NCBI GenBank assembly: GCA_001800245.1
Contig: MGVA01000018.1
Span: forward strand, 12,134 to 76,133
Direction: 5' to 3'
DNA: 64,000 nt
Origin: Elusimicrobia bacterium RIFOXYA12_FULL_51_18
GTDB lineage: Bacteria; Elusimicrobiota; Elusimicrobia; Elusimicrobiales; UBA9959
Shown: piece by piece, positions 31,283 to 41,097 of the stretch
Layout: the number at the start of each line of letters is the position of its first letter
Numbering within the stretch: position 1 is the first letter of the stretch
The notes under the pieces: generated by a model
What the model saw: the letters and a program-made list of their open reading frames with translations, nothing else
Database searches by the model: none
Told to the model about the DNA's origin: nothing
Translations under genes and position numbers: made by a program

Positions 31283-33250
31283 GTGGGGGGTATGCGGTTT
31301 TCCTATTATAAACGGCATCTCTTTATTTTGCTGCTTTGCTGGGCCGCGCTTATAGCCGCGTTCAAGTCCGGCGGAGCGCGTGATATTTCCCGGGATCTGC
31401 CTCCCCTTCCGGCGTCAGGCGTACGTCTGGAAGGCCGCGTGGCCCAATATCCGGTGCATAGCGGGAATTTATGGCGTTTCGCGCTTAAAGTTTCCTCCAT
31501 TGACGGGGTTGCCGCGAATACTCCGGTAATGGTTTATGCGGGCGATATGGGAGGCGCCTCTTACGGAGATAAAACGGTTTTCACGGCGGAGTTGTCCGAA
31601 CCGTTCAATTACGCTATTCCCGGGAATCTTGACTGGCGGAATTATCTTGCCGAGCGCGGAATAAGAGCCGAAGCCAGGGGGGGCCGTCTTGAAATAATAA
31701 AAAAAGCTCCGTTTCCCGTCGGACTTGCGGCATCGTTCCGTACCAGGGCGCTTGAAGTCTTTGAGCGCAATTTTACGGTCGATCAGGCCTCGGTCCTCGG
31801 CGGTATAGTTCTGGGTGAGAAAAAAAGCGTTTCAGAGGAACTCAAGGCCGCGTTTCAGGACTCAGGCGCCAGGCACCTTCTGGTGGCTTCCGGTTCGAAT
31901 GTGGGTTTTGTGACTTTTGTCGTCTATTTCCTGTGCTCAAAGCTCAGAATCGGAAAAAAATATTCCGGTCTGCTGGCAATCGTGTGTTCGGGTTTTTATG
32001 TGCTTGTGGCGGGGCTTGAAGCTCCTCTGATCCGGGGATATGTGATGTTCTCGGCCGCGCTGGCGGGCTATCTGCTAGATAGGGATTCCGGAGTCTTCCA
32101 GGGGCTTATAATAGCATGCCTCGCCATACTTTCGGTAGAGCCTTCCGCGCTCTTCGATGCCGGTTTCCAGATGTCCTTCATGGCTTCGTACGGCATCACG
32201 GTGGGCATGACGCTCTGGGATAATCTGATACGGCTTAAAGGTCCGGCGCTCTCCCTTGTCCGTATTTTGCTGGTAAGCTTTTTTGCCCAGGCCGGTCTGT
32301 ATCCGCTGATGGCGCTCTACTTTCATAAAGTTTCCCTGATTTCCATATTATCCAATGTGATTCTTGTGCCGGCTTCCGGAGTTATTATGGGGCTGGGCTT
32401 CGCGACGCTGCTGATTTCCTGGCCGGCGCGGCTGTTCTTGATCATGAAAACGGTTACCGGCTTCGGTCTCGCGGTATTCATCCGGCTGATAAAGTGGTTC
32501 GCCGCTTTTAAGTATGCTTCGGTTCCGGTAAGTCCTCCTTCCGCGCTGATGCTCGCGGCATTTTTCTTTTTTGTTTTCGTCCTGTTGCACGCTCCGCTGC
32601 TGGGTTTCAGGCGGCGCCGCCTGTACGTTCTGGCGGCGGTCCCGCTGTTTATTCTGTCCGCCGCCGGCTTTCTGCCGGAGAAAAACCTGGTGTCCGCGTT
32701 TTCAGATTCCGATACCCGTTCCGTGCTGATCCGGCACGCAAGCTCCGGCCTTTTCCTTGTTAATCCCGGCATCAGCGGGCGTAAACTTGCGAATTCGGTC
32801 CTGCATTACGGTTTTAGGGAATTGGAGGCGGTATTTATTTCCACTCCGGCACGGCGGGACTGGAGCGGGCTGGAAGAGCTGGCCCGGCTTATTAAGATAA
32901 AAAAAGTCGTATTACCTTACGGCGTTCGGCCGCCGGAGCTTGAGGCGGCTCTCGTCAGGATTTCCGCAGCCGGGGTCCCGGTCGAGCACGTCTGGCCGCG
33001 GGATGAGCTCCTCTTCGGGCAACTGGAAGTGCGTCCGGACTGGGCGGTTTCCAGGGATCTGCGATTTAAGACGGTCGGGTATACCGGGCGGGGCCCGTGG
33101 GAAGGCTTGGACTGGCGGCTGAAAGCCCACGGCTTTGAAGTTGCGGTGCTGGGCGGCGGTTCCCGCGTGGCGGTGAAAGGTCCTCCCGGCTCAGTGGCGG
33201 AGCGTCTTATTGAAAACCGCCCCGGCGCCGCGGTGGAAATGGAAATATAA
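31283..33250 (+). CDS. comEC: ComEC/Rec2 family DNA internalisation channel protein
   Basis: 655 aa: an N-terminal OB/DUF4131-like region, a polytopic competence domain and a degenerate C-terminal MBL-like region. The start is uncertain (alternative ATG at 31292). Confidence 0.8.
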   Translation: MGGMRFSYYKRHLFILLLCWAALIAAFKSGGARDISRDLPPLPASGVRLEGRVAQYPVHSGNLWRFALKVSSIDGVAANTPVMVYAGDMGGASYGDKTVFTAELSEPFNYAIPGNLDWRNYLAERGIRAEARGGRLEIIKKAPFPVGLAASFRTRALEVFERNFTVDQASVLGGIVLGEKKSVSEELKAAFQDSGARHLLVASGSNVGFVTFVVYFLCSKLRIGKKYSGLLAIVCSGFYVLVAGLEAPLIRGYVMFSAALAGYLLDRDSGVFQGLIIACLAILSVEPSALFDAGFQMSFMASYGITVGMTLWDNLIRLKGPALSLVRILLVSFFAQAGLYPLMALYFHKVSLISILSNVILVPASGVIMGLGFATLLISWPARLFLIMKTVTGFGLAVFIRLIKWFAAFKYASVPVSPPSALMLAAFFFFVFVLLHAPLLGFRRRRLYVLAAVPLFILSAAGFLPEKNLVSAFSDSDTRSVLIRHASSGLFLVNPGISGRKLANSVLHYGFRELEAVFISTPARRDWSGLEELARLIKIKKVVLPYGVRPPELEAALVRISAAGVPVEHVWPRDELLFGQLEVRPDWAVSRDLRFKTVGYTGRGPWEGLDWRLKAHGFEVAVLGGGSRVAVKGPPGSVAERLIENRPGAAVEMEI

Positions 33251-33342
33251 GGGCTCGCTCCAAAATCGGCTCAGTCATATAGGCCTATTATTTCGTTGCG
33301 AGTCCTAAGTCTTAGATTTTTGTATTATATTTAGGCCCTATT

Positions 33343-34185
33343 ATGAAACGTATTAAAAGCGTGGTCCTGTTTTACAATTCTAAAAGGAAGAGAGCCATAA
33401 CTTTTGCCGTCGGAATCGAACGGATCCTTAAAAACCGGGGGGTCCGGTTCTCAAAGGTCTGCGTAAATTCACCGGTCTGCAAATTTGAAAAGGCCGACGC
33501 CGCTATTACCGTCGGAGGCGACGGCACGGTGCTATACGCGGCCCGCCATGTCATAAAGTACGGCATTCCCGTCCTGGGCATTAATGCCGGGGGGCTCGGA
33601 TTTCTCAGCGGTATAGAGCGTTCGGGTTTTAAAAAATATCTGGACGCTTTCCTGAACAACGATTTTAATAAAGTACGCCGGCAGCTGTTGTCGGTGGAAG
33701 TCTTTCGCCGCGGCAAAAAGGTTTTCGGTCCGTATCCGGCGCTTAACGATTGCGTCATCCGAAGCGCCGAAGCCCGCGCTTTCAGCCTGCGCGCCTTTTT
33801 CGGCAGCCAGTTTTTAAGCGAATATTTCGGAGACGGGCTGATCATTTCCACGCCTACCGGTTCCACGGCGTATAACCTGGCGGCCCTGGGGCCTATCGTT
33901 CTGCCTCAGCTTGAAGTCTTTCTCCTGTCCCCGGTCTGCCCGCACACCTTGACCCACCGTCCAATAGTGCTCTCTTCGCTTGAGGATATTACGATAGTTA
34001 TAGGCAACCGTCCGGGCCATGATCACTGCGTCTCATTGTCTCTTGACGGCCAGGAGAATTCCGTTCTTGAAACCGGCGACAGGATCGTTATCCGTAAATA
34101 CCCCAAAAATTTCGAGATGCTGGTGCCGCGGGATTTTTCATATTTCGATATTTTGCGCAAAAAATTGAGATGGGGAAAAAGATAA
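33343..34185 (+). CDS. nadK: NAD kinase
   Basis: GGDGT motif (VGGDGTVL), NAGGLGFL and TPTGSTAYNLA. Confidence 0.9.
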   Translation: MKRIKSVVLFYNSKRKRAITFAVGIERILKNRGVRFSKVCVNSPVCKFEKADAAITVGGDGTVLYAARHVIKYGIPVLGINAGGLGFLSGIERSGFKKYLDAFLNNDFNKVRRQLLSVEVFRRGKKVFGPYPALNDCVIRSAEARAFSLRAFFGSQFLSEYFGDGLIISTPTGSTAYNLAALGPIVLPQLEVFLLSPVCPHTLTHRPIVLSSLEDITIVIGNRPGHDHCVSLSLDGQENSVLETGDRIVIRKYPKNFEMLVPRDFSYFDILRKKLRWGKR

Positions 34186-34245
34186 CCATTTATTATTTCC
34201 GGCGGGACCCCGAACTCGCAGCCGCCGGCATTCAACTCAATTAGC

Positions 34246-35910
34246 ATGTTAAAAAAACTTGAGATCAAGGATTTCGCTATCATAGACCGGCTGGTTCTGG
34301 AGTTCGGGCCGGGACTTAACGTCTTCACCGGAGAGACCGGCGCCGGAAAATCCATAATAGTCGAAGCCATAGGCTTCCTGCTGGGCGAACGCGCCAGTTC
34401 TGAACTGGTCAGGACCGGCGCGGCCCAGGCGGAAGTCTCCGGAGTTTTTAACTCCGGCACGCTGCCGAAAAAGCTTTTGGCGGCCTACGGAATAAATAGC
34501 GCGGAATTTTCCGTGCGCAGGCAGCTGGACGCTGGCGGCAAGACCAGGGGATTTTTAGAAGGCCGCCCCGTGACGGCGGCTTTTTTGTCCGGGCTGGGAG
34601 ACGCGCTGGTGGATTTTCACGGCCAGAACGAACATCAGAGCCTGATGAAGGCGGAAGTTCAACTGGAGCTGCTGGATCGTTATGCGAGGCTTGAAAAAGA
34701 AGCCGCGGCTTACGGGGCGGTCTTTGAAGAGCGCCGCCGTCTGTTGGAGCGTCTGAACGCCGTTTCCCTTTCCGAAGAGGAGCGCGCCCGCCTTATCGAC
34801 CTTTACCGCTTCCAGCTCAAAGAAATAGAGTCGGCGGAGCTGAAGGAAGGGGAGGAAGGCGAGCTTCAGGTTCTGTATCCCCGCCTGAAGAACGCCAACA
34901 GGCTTTTTACGCTTTCAAGCCGCGCATACGAACTTCTTTCCGGAGGCGAGGCGCCGGCTTTGGCCGGGCTTGAGAAGGCATTAAAGGATCTGGAAGCTCT
35001 CGCGGAAACGGATGAAACCGCCGCGCCGCTTAAGGAGAACCTCGCCCAGGCCGTCCTCGCTTTAAAAGATATAGAGGAAAGTCTTTACAAATATTCAAAG
35101 AATCTGGATACTGATCCCGCCGGTCTGGACGCGGTTCTTTCAAGATTGGATAAAATATCAGTTTTGAAGAAAAAGTACGGCCCGGAGCTTGCGGACGTTC
35201 TGAAGAAAGAAGCCGGATTGCGTGAAAAGATAGACGGGCTTGAGAACGCCTCTTTCGACAAGAAGGAGTTGGCGTCCGAACTTGAAAAAGCCGGGAGCCG
35301 GCTGACGGAGCTGGGCGAAGCGCTGCACGCCAAGCGCGCCGCCGCGGCTAAAAAATTATCCGCCGCCGTGGTTTCCGAGATCTCCGGCCTGGGGTTTAAG
35401 GAGATCAGATTTTCCGCCGCGCTCGAAACCGAGGAAGGGCGCTTTACCGCCTCCGGCATGGATACCGTTGAATTCATGTTCTCGGCCAACCCGGGATATC
35501 CGTTGAAGCCGCTGAAACTGACCGCTTCCGGCGGCGAGATGTCCCGCGTGATGCTGGGGCTTAAGACCGTGCTGGCCGCAAACGATAACATCCCGGTGCT
35601 GGTCTTCGACGAATTGGACACAGGCGTCGGCAGCACTGTGGCGCGCCTGCTGGGAGAGAAGCTTTCCGCTCTTGCCGGCGCAAAACAGCTCTTCTGTATT
35701 ACCCATATGCCCCAGATAGCGGCTTTCGCCGGCGCGCACTATTATGTGGAAAAGAACGTCAGGCGCGGTATCTCTGCGATAACGGTCTCGAAGCTGGATC
35801 CTGAAGCCGGAGTGCTTGAGATAGCGCGTATGCTCGGCGGCAAAACCAAGTCAACGGAACTGGGGCTGAAACATGCCCGTGAACTGATAAAAGAAAGCCG
35901 GGGCTTCTGA
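34246..35910 (+). CDS. recN: DNA repair protein RecN
   Basis: Walker A GETGAGKS, a long coiled coil, the signature SGGEMSRVML and Walker B LVFDELD. Confidence 0.92.
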   Translation: MLKKLEIKDFAIIDRLVLEFGPGLNVFTGETGAGKSIIVEAIGFLLGERASSELVRTGAAQAEVSGVFNSGTLPKKLLAAYGINSAEFSVRRQLDAGGKTRGFLEGRPVTAAFLSGLGDALVDFHGQNEHQSLMKAEVQLELLDRYARLEKEAAAYGAVFEERRRLLERLNAVSLSEEERARLIDLYRFQLKEIESAELKEGEEGELQVLYPRLKNANRLFTLSSRAYELLSGGEAPALAGLEKALKDLEALAETDETAAPLKENLAQAVLALKDIEESLYKYSKNLDTDPAGLDAVLSRLDKISVLKKKYGPELADVLKKEAGLREKIDGLENASFDKKELASELEKAGSRLTELGEALHAKRAAAAKKLSAAVVSEISGLGFKEIRFSAALETEEGRFTASGMDTVEFMFSANPGYPLKPLKLTASGGEMSRVMLGLKTVLAANDNIPVLVFDELDTGVGSTVARLLGEKLSALAGAKQLFCITHMPQIAAFAGAHYYVEKNVRRGISAITVSKLDPEAGVLEIARMLGGKTKSTELGLKHARELIKESRGF

Positions 35911-36740
35911 TGGCGGAAATACGGCTTTTTGACGCGCACAACCACCTGCAGAACTATCCCGGCGAAACAGACCCCCAAAAAGTTCTTGAAAAGGATTGCT
36001 CCGCCGGAGTAAAGCTGACGCTTTGCAACGGCACCAATCCGGGCGACTGGAAAAAGGTCCTGGACCTGGCGGGACGCAAAGGCGTTTTTCCGTTCTTCGG
36101 CCTTCATCCCTGGTTTATCAGCAAAGCTGAATCCGGCTGGCTTGAACTTCTTGGCGATTTTCTTCTCCGCGCGCCTTCCGGAGTGGGAGAGATAGGTCTT
36201 GATAGAACCGTTAACACGGATTTAAATGAACAGGAGAAAATTTTCCGCGCGCAGCTTCAACTCGCCAAAAGGCTTAAAAGACCGGTTTCAATACATTGCG
36301 TGAAGGCCTGGGACAGGCTGGCGGGTATTCTCAAGGAAGAAGCGCCGCCGGCCTTTATGCTGCATGCCTACGGAGGGGCGCCCGAAATGGTGAAAAAACT
36401 GGCGGAGTTGGGCGCTTATTTTTCTTTCAATGCCGGGCTGATGGATTCGAAACGTGAAAAACTGCGCCAGGCCTTAATGACCGTGCCGCTGAATAGACTG
36501 CTGTTCGAAACCGAATCTTCCGATCCGGATTCAGAAGCCCGGCGCTCCGGGTCCCAGGGTAGTGAAAACCCCGGTGTGGCGTTCCCCGCGGCAAATTCCA
36601 GGGAGGGGTATCCGCTTGTTGAAGTTATCCGAGCGGCGGCCGCCGCGCTTGCTCAAAGCCCGGAGGCGTTGGGCGAATTGACCTGGCGCAACGCTGAAAT
36701 TTTCATGGGTGAGTTATTCCCTGGTTATCTGAAATCATAA
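35910..36740 (+). CDS. tatD: TatD family metal-dependent hydrolase
   Basis: The N-terminus reads LFDAHNHL and contains GEIGLD. The start overlaps the recN stop. Confidence 0.8.
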   Translation: MAEIRLFDAHNHLQNYPGETDPQKVLEKDCSAGVKLTLCNGTNPGDWKKVLDLAGRKGVFPFFGLHPWFISKAESGWLELLGDFLLRAPSGVGEIGLDRTVNTDLNEQEKIFRAQLQLAKRLKRPVSIHCVKAWDRLAGILKEEAPPAFMLHAYGGAPEMVKKLAELGAYFSFNAGLMDSKREKLRQALMTVPLNRLLFETESSDPDSEARRSGSQGSENPGVAFPAANSREGYPLVEVIRAAAAALAQSPEALGELTWRNAEIFMGELFPGYLKS

Positions 36741-37139
36741 AACCGGATTTCAGCATCGAATGGAGGGGATAACTATTGCGGTTTACACATATACGCATCC
36801 CCGCTAAGGATCGCGACTATCTCGCCCCGGTAATTCTACTTGTGCGGCTGATTTTTCGGTCACGCGCGGTAATCCTTTCATCTGCGCCTGGTTTATGGTT
36901 GTGGAAACCGGAGGGGTGCAAATAAGGTCAATTAAGACCGTATTATTGATTATTAGTTTAACTTATATCATCATAAAAAGAAGTGGGTGGCAGATACAGC
37001 CGCCGCAATGATATCATTACTAGAGGCGATATAAATTGCGTAATTAGTGAACAGGCGCCGGGTGCCGCCTTATAAAACCTGACGGGAATCAGCTCCTGAC
37101 ATGCGTAAAGCAGGGTAATACAGAGAAGGAGACACTTCT

Positions 37140-37742
37140 ATGCCGCTAGAACAAAAGGTCAAATACGAGGGGGATTGCGATCCGGAATTCGCCAAATGGG
37201 TGGTTGGTGAGATCGGCGGAGAAAATCTCCGGCACTGCATACAGTGCGGGATCTGCAGCGCCGCCTGTCCGCTTTCCCTTTACATGGATTACACGCCCCG
37301 CAGGATCATCAATCTTGCCCGAGAGGGATTTAGAAAAGAAGTTTTAAGTTCTTTCACCATCTGGCTGTGCTCCAGCTGCTACGCCTGCAGGGTGGAATGT
37401 CCCAAGGAGATCCACATTACGGATATCATGTACCTTTTGAAGCGCCGTGCTATTGAAGAAGGCGTGTATCCGCGGAGTTTCCCTATCCCGGTTCTGGCGC
37501 GCGAGTTCGGCCGCATGATCTTTATGTTCGGCCGCGTCAACGAGACCCTGCTGGTCACCGACCTTTTTCTCCGCACTAACTGGTTCAAGTTCCTGGGCAT
37601 GATCGGCCTGGGGCTGAACCTTATGCGAACGGGCCGCATGTCGTTCCTGCCGGATACCATAAAGCGCCGCGGCGAACTGCGCAAGGTCCTGGAAGCGCTT
37701 GACGCTGAAGAGAAGAAAGAAAAGAAGGAGGCCTTGTCATGA
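37140..37742 (+). CDS. hdrC: Heterodisulfide reductase subunit C-like (2x[4Fe-4S])
   Basis: Motifs CIQCGICSAACP and CSSCYACRVECP. An ATGA overlap couples it to hdrB. Confidence 0.85.
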   Translation: MPLEQKVKYEGDCDPEFAKWVVGEIGGENLRHCIQCGICSAACPLSLYMDYTPRRIINLAREGFRKEVLSSFTIWLCSSCYACRVECPKEIHITDIMYLLKRRAIEEGVYPRSFPIPVLAREFGRMIFMFGRVNETLLVTDLFLRTNWFKFLGMIGLGLNLMRTGRMSFLPDTIKRRGELRKVLEALDAEEKKEKKEALS

Positions 37743-38599
37743 AATACCTTTATTTCCCCGGCTGTTCGCTCAAAGGGACCGGCAGGGCCTACGAGGAATC
37801 TTTCCTGGCCGTGTTCAAGGCCCTGGGCCTGGAAGTCCGCGAGCTGGAGGATTGGAACTGCTGCGGCGCCACCGCCTATATGTCGGTGGACGAAACCAAA
37901 TCCTACGCTTTGGCCGGCCGGAACCTGGCCATCGCGGAGCGCGAAGACCTGGATGTTATAGCCCCCTGCAGCGCCTGTTACCTAGTGCTTAATAAGACCC
38001 AGCATGGTCTTAAGGATAATCCGGAACTCCGCCGCAAGGTGGTCAACGCTCTGAAGTCCGCCGGCCTGGACTATAAGGGCAAGGTCAGGGTCCGCCATCC
38101 TCTGGACGTCCTGATCAACGACGTTGGCGTGGAAAAGCTGGCCAAGTTCATCAAAAACCCTCTGAAGGGCCTGAAGATAGCGCCCTACTACGGCTGCCAA
38201 GTGGTACGGCCCTACTCAACTTTTGACGACCAGTATAACCCGGTGACCATGGATAAGCTTATCGAGGCGGTCGGAGCGGAATGCGTGTCCTGGCCCCTGA
38301 AGACCCGCTGCTGCGGCGGCAGTCTTACCGGAACGCTGCCGGAAGTCGGGCTGAAATTGGCCTACATCCTCGTCAAGGAAGCCAAAAAACGCGGGGCGGC
38401 CGCCGTCGTGACGCTCTGCCCGCTCTGCCAGTTCAACCTGGACGGCTACCAGGACCAGATAGCCCGCAAGTTCGAGCGGGTCGATATTCCCACCCTTTAC
38501 TTTACGCAGATCCTTGGGCTTGCCATGGGCCTGCCCGAGTCGGAACTGGGAATAAAGCGCGGTATAATTTCCGCCCAAGCGGCGCTGGCGGGGAGATAA
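37739..38599 (+). CDS. hdrB: Heterodisulfide reductase subunit B-like (two CCG domains)
   Basis: Motifs NCCGATAY and RCCGGS are present. Confidence 0.85.
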   Translation: MKYLYFPGCSLKGTGRAYEESFLAVFKALGLEVRELEDWNCCGATAYMSVDETKSYALAGRNLAIAEREDLDVIAPCSACYLVLNKTQHGLKDNPELRRKVVNALKSAGLDYKGKVRVRHPLDVLINDVGVEKLAKFIKNPLKGLKIAPYYGCQVVRPYSTFDDQYNPVTMDKLIEAVGAECVSWPLKTRCCGGSLTGTLPEVGLKLAYILVKEAKKRGAAAVVTLCPLCQFNLDGYQDQIARKFERVDIPTLYFTQILGLAMGLPESELGIKRGIISAQAALAGR

Positions 38600-38602
38600 A
38601 CT

Positions 38603-40600
38603 ATGTCTGAAAATAAACCCAAACAGGAAAACCTGCCCCGCATCGGTTTCTACGTCTGCCACTGCGGGAGCAACATCTCGTCCATGGTGGACGTGGCTGC
38701 CGTGCAGAAATACGCGGCCGGATTGCCTGGTGTGGTAGTTTCGCGCGATTACAAATACATGTGTTCCGATCCCGGCCAGGAGATGATAGCCAAGGATATA
38801 AAAGAGCACAAGCTGGAGCGCCTGGTGGTGTCCGCCTGCTCGCCGAACCTGCACGAGGAGACTTTCCGCAAGGCCGCGGCCAGGGGCGGGCTTAACCCAT
38901 TCTATTTCCAGATGGTGAATATCCGCGAACATGTGGCCTGGGTGCATACCGACAAAAAGGCCGCTACCGAAAAGGCCATGCAGCTCGTCAGCGCGGCCAT
39001 AGCCCGCGTAGCCTTCCACCAGGCCCTGGACAAGAAGCGCGTACCGGTGGATCCCAATGTTATGGTTGTGGGCGGGGGTATAGCCGGCATCCACGCCGCA
39101 CTGACGCTCGCTAACGCCGGCAAGAAAGTCACTTTGGTCGAGCGCGAGGCCACCATCGGCGGCCACATGGCCCTGTTCGACAAGACCTTCCCCACGCTCG
39201 ACTGCGCGGCCTGCATCCTGACGCCTAAGATGTCAGCCGTCAAAGCCCACCCCAACATCACGCTCTGGACCTATTCCGAAGTTGAAAAGGTCGAGGGCTA
39301 TGTCGGCAACTACAAGGTTACGGTAAAGCGCAAACCCCGCTATGTCAAAGAGGACCTCTGCGTCGGCTGTATGGAGTGCATCGACGCCTGCGTTTTCAAG
39401 GAAGCCAAGTTCGCTGACAAGTTCAACCAGGGCCTGGGCAAGCGCAAGCCCGTTTACATAGACTTCCCGCAGGCCACGCCGAAAGTGGTACTTATAGACA
39501 AGGACACCTGCCTGCACTTTAAGACCGGTAAGTGTAAACAGTCCTGCGCCACCGCCTGCGACCGCAAGGCCTTCGATTTCAACCAGAAAGAGGAAACGAA
39601 GGAACTGCAGGTCGGCGCCATCGTGCTGGCCACGGGTTTCAAGGCGTTCGATCCCGCCCGCTCGCCGCAATACGGCTACGGCCGCTATCCGGGCGTCTAT
39701 ACGGCGCTGGAGATAGAGCGCCTGGTCAACGCCTCCGGCCCCACTTCGGGCGAGATCACACTGCGGGACGGCAAACATCCCAAGGCCGTAGGAATCATAC
39801 ACTGCGTGGGTTCGCGCGACGCGAAGACCAACAAGTGGTGCTCCCGCGTCTGCTGCATGTATTCACTTAAACTGGCCCATTTGATCAAGGAACACTCCGG
39901 CGCCGAAGTCTACAACTTCTACATCGATATGCGCGCCCCGGGCAAGGCCTACGAGGAATTCTACGACAAGCTGCTGGGCGAAGGCGTGCACTTCATCCGC
40001 GGCCGCGTTGACGAGGTTACGGACTGGGCCATGACGCCTGACGAGGAAGGCAAACTGGTTCTGCGGGTGGAAGACACCCTGGCCGGCTTCGTGCGGCGCA
40101 TCCCGGTGGACATGGTGGTGCTCTCCACGGGGCTCGAGCCGCAGGCCGATGCACAGGAGGTCCGCCGCCGCTTCAATATCGGCTGCGGCACCGAGGGCTT
40201 CTTCCAGGAGCGGCATCCCAAGCTCGCCCCGGTCAATACCTTTACCGACGGGATCTACATTGCCGGGGCCTGCCAGGCGCCGCGCGATATTCCGGACACG
40301 GTGGCGCAGGCCGGGGCCGCGGCGGCCGAGGCGCTGGCGCTTATCGACGCCGGGTTCGTTGAGCTGGAACCCAACACTTCGCACGTGATAGAGGACGAGT
40401 GCTGCGGCTGCAAATCCTGCGTGCCGCTCTGCCCTTATTCAGCCATCACCTTCGACGAGGTCAAGAAAAAGGCTGTCATCAACGAGGTGCTCTGCAAGGG
40501 CTGCGGTGTCTGCGCGGCGGCCTGCCCGTCTGGCTCGATAGTGCAGAACCTGTTCGACGACGACGAGATCTTCAGCGAGATCCGGGGGATACTGAAATGA
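38603..40600 (+). CDS. hdrA: Heterodisulfide reductase subunit A (FAD plus Fe-S, electron-bifurcating type)
   Basis: 665 aa with the FAD motif VVGGGIAGIHAAL, several Cys clusters and a C-terminal ferredoxin domain (CCGCKSCVPLCP...CKGCGVCAAACP). Confidence 0.9.
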   Translation: MSENKPKQENLPRIGFYVCHCGSNISSMVDVAAVQKYAAGLPGVVVSRDYKYMCSDPGQEMIAKDIKEHKLERLVVSACSPNLHEETFRKAAARGGLNPFYFQMVNIREHVAWVHTDKKAATEKAMQLVSAAIARVAFHQALDKKRVPVDPNVMVVGGGIAGIHAALTLANAGKKVTLVEREATIGGHMALFDKTFPTLDCAACILTPKMSAVKAHPNITLWTYSEVEKVEGYVGNYKVTVKRKPRYVKEDLCVGCMECIDACVFKEAKFADKFNQGLGKRKPVYIDFPQATPKVVLIDKDTCLHFKTGKCKQSCATACDRKAFDFNQKEETKELQVGAIVLATGFKAFDPARSPQYGYGRYPGVYTALEIERLVNASGPTSGEITLRDGKHPKAVGIIHCVGSRDAKTNKWCSRVCCMYSLKLAHLIKEHSGAEVYNFYIDMRAPGKAYEEFYDKLLGEGVHFIRGRVDEVTDWAMTPDEEGKLVLRVEDTLAGFVRRIPVDMVVLSTGLEPQADAQEVRRRFNIGCGTEGFFQERHPKLAPVNTFTDGIYIAGACQAPRDIPDTVAQAGAAAAEALALIDAGFVELEPNTSHVIEDECCGCKSCVPLCPYSAITFDEVKKKAVINEVLCKGCGVCAAACPSGSIVQNLFDDDEIFSEIRGILK

Positions 40601-41097
40601 ACGAACAATTCGAACCTAAAATAGTGGCGTTCTTCTGCAACTGGTGCACGTACACGGCCGCGGACCTAGCCGGCGTATCACGCCTGAAATACGCCCCGAA
40701 CGTGAGCGTGATACGGGTCATGTGTTCGGGCCGCGTGGACCCGCAGTTCGTGCTGGACGCTTTCGCGCGCGGTGCCGACGGCGTGCTGCTCGGGGGCTGC
40801 CACCCCGGCGACTGCCATTACGCGGAAGGCAACTATAAGACTTTGCGCCGCATGCGGATGCTGGAGCGGATGCTCAAGGGCATGGGCATCCATGACGGGC
40901 GTTTCCGCCTGGAATGGATCTCCGGCGCCGAGGGCGACAAGGTCAAGGCCGTGATAAACGATATGACGAAGAAGGTGCGCGCCCTGGGCCCGCTCGACCT
41001 GCCCGGCAAATTCAAGGAGTGGGATAAAGAGATGGAAGAACTCGAAGCCCATGTGAATAAGGATTCCAAAAAAGGGGAGACGACACATGCCCGATAA
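40597..41097 (+). CDS. mvhD: Methyl-viologen-reducing hydrogenase delta subunit (MvhD/FlpD)
   Basis: The N-terminus is MNEQFEPKIVAFFCNWCTY, with the later motif GGCHPGDCHY. The ATG overlaps the hdrA stop (ATGA). The ORF-track start at 40399 lies inside hdrA. Confidence 0.85.
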   Translation: MNEQFEPKIVAFFCNWCTYTAADLAGVSRLKYAPNVSVIRVMCSGRVDPQFVLDAFARGADGVLLGGCHPGDCHYAEGNYKTLRRMRMLERMLKGMGIHDGRFRLEWISGAEGDKVKAVINDMTKKVRALGPLDLPGKFKEWDKEMEELEAHVNKDSKKGETTHAR

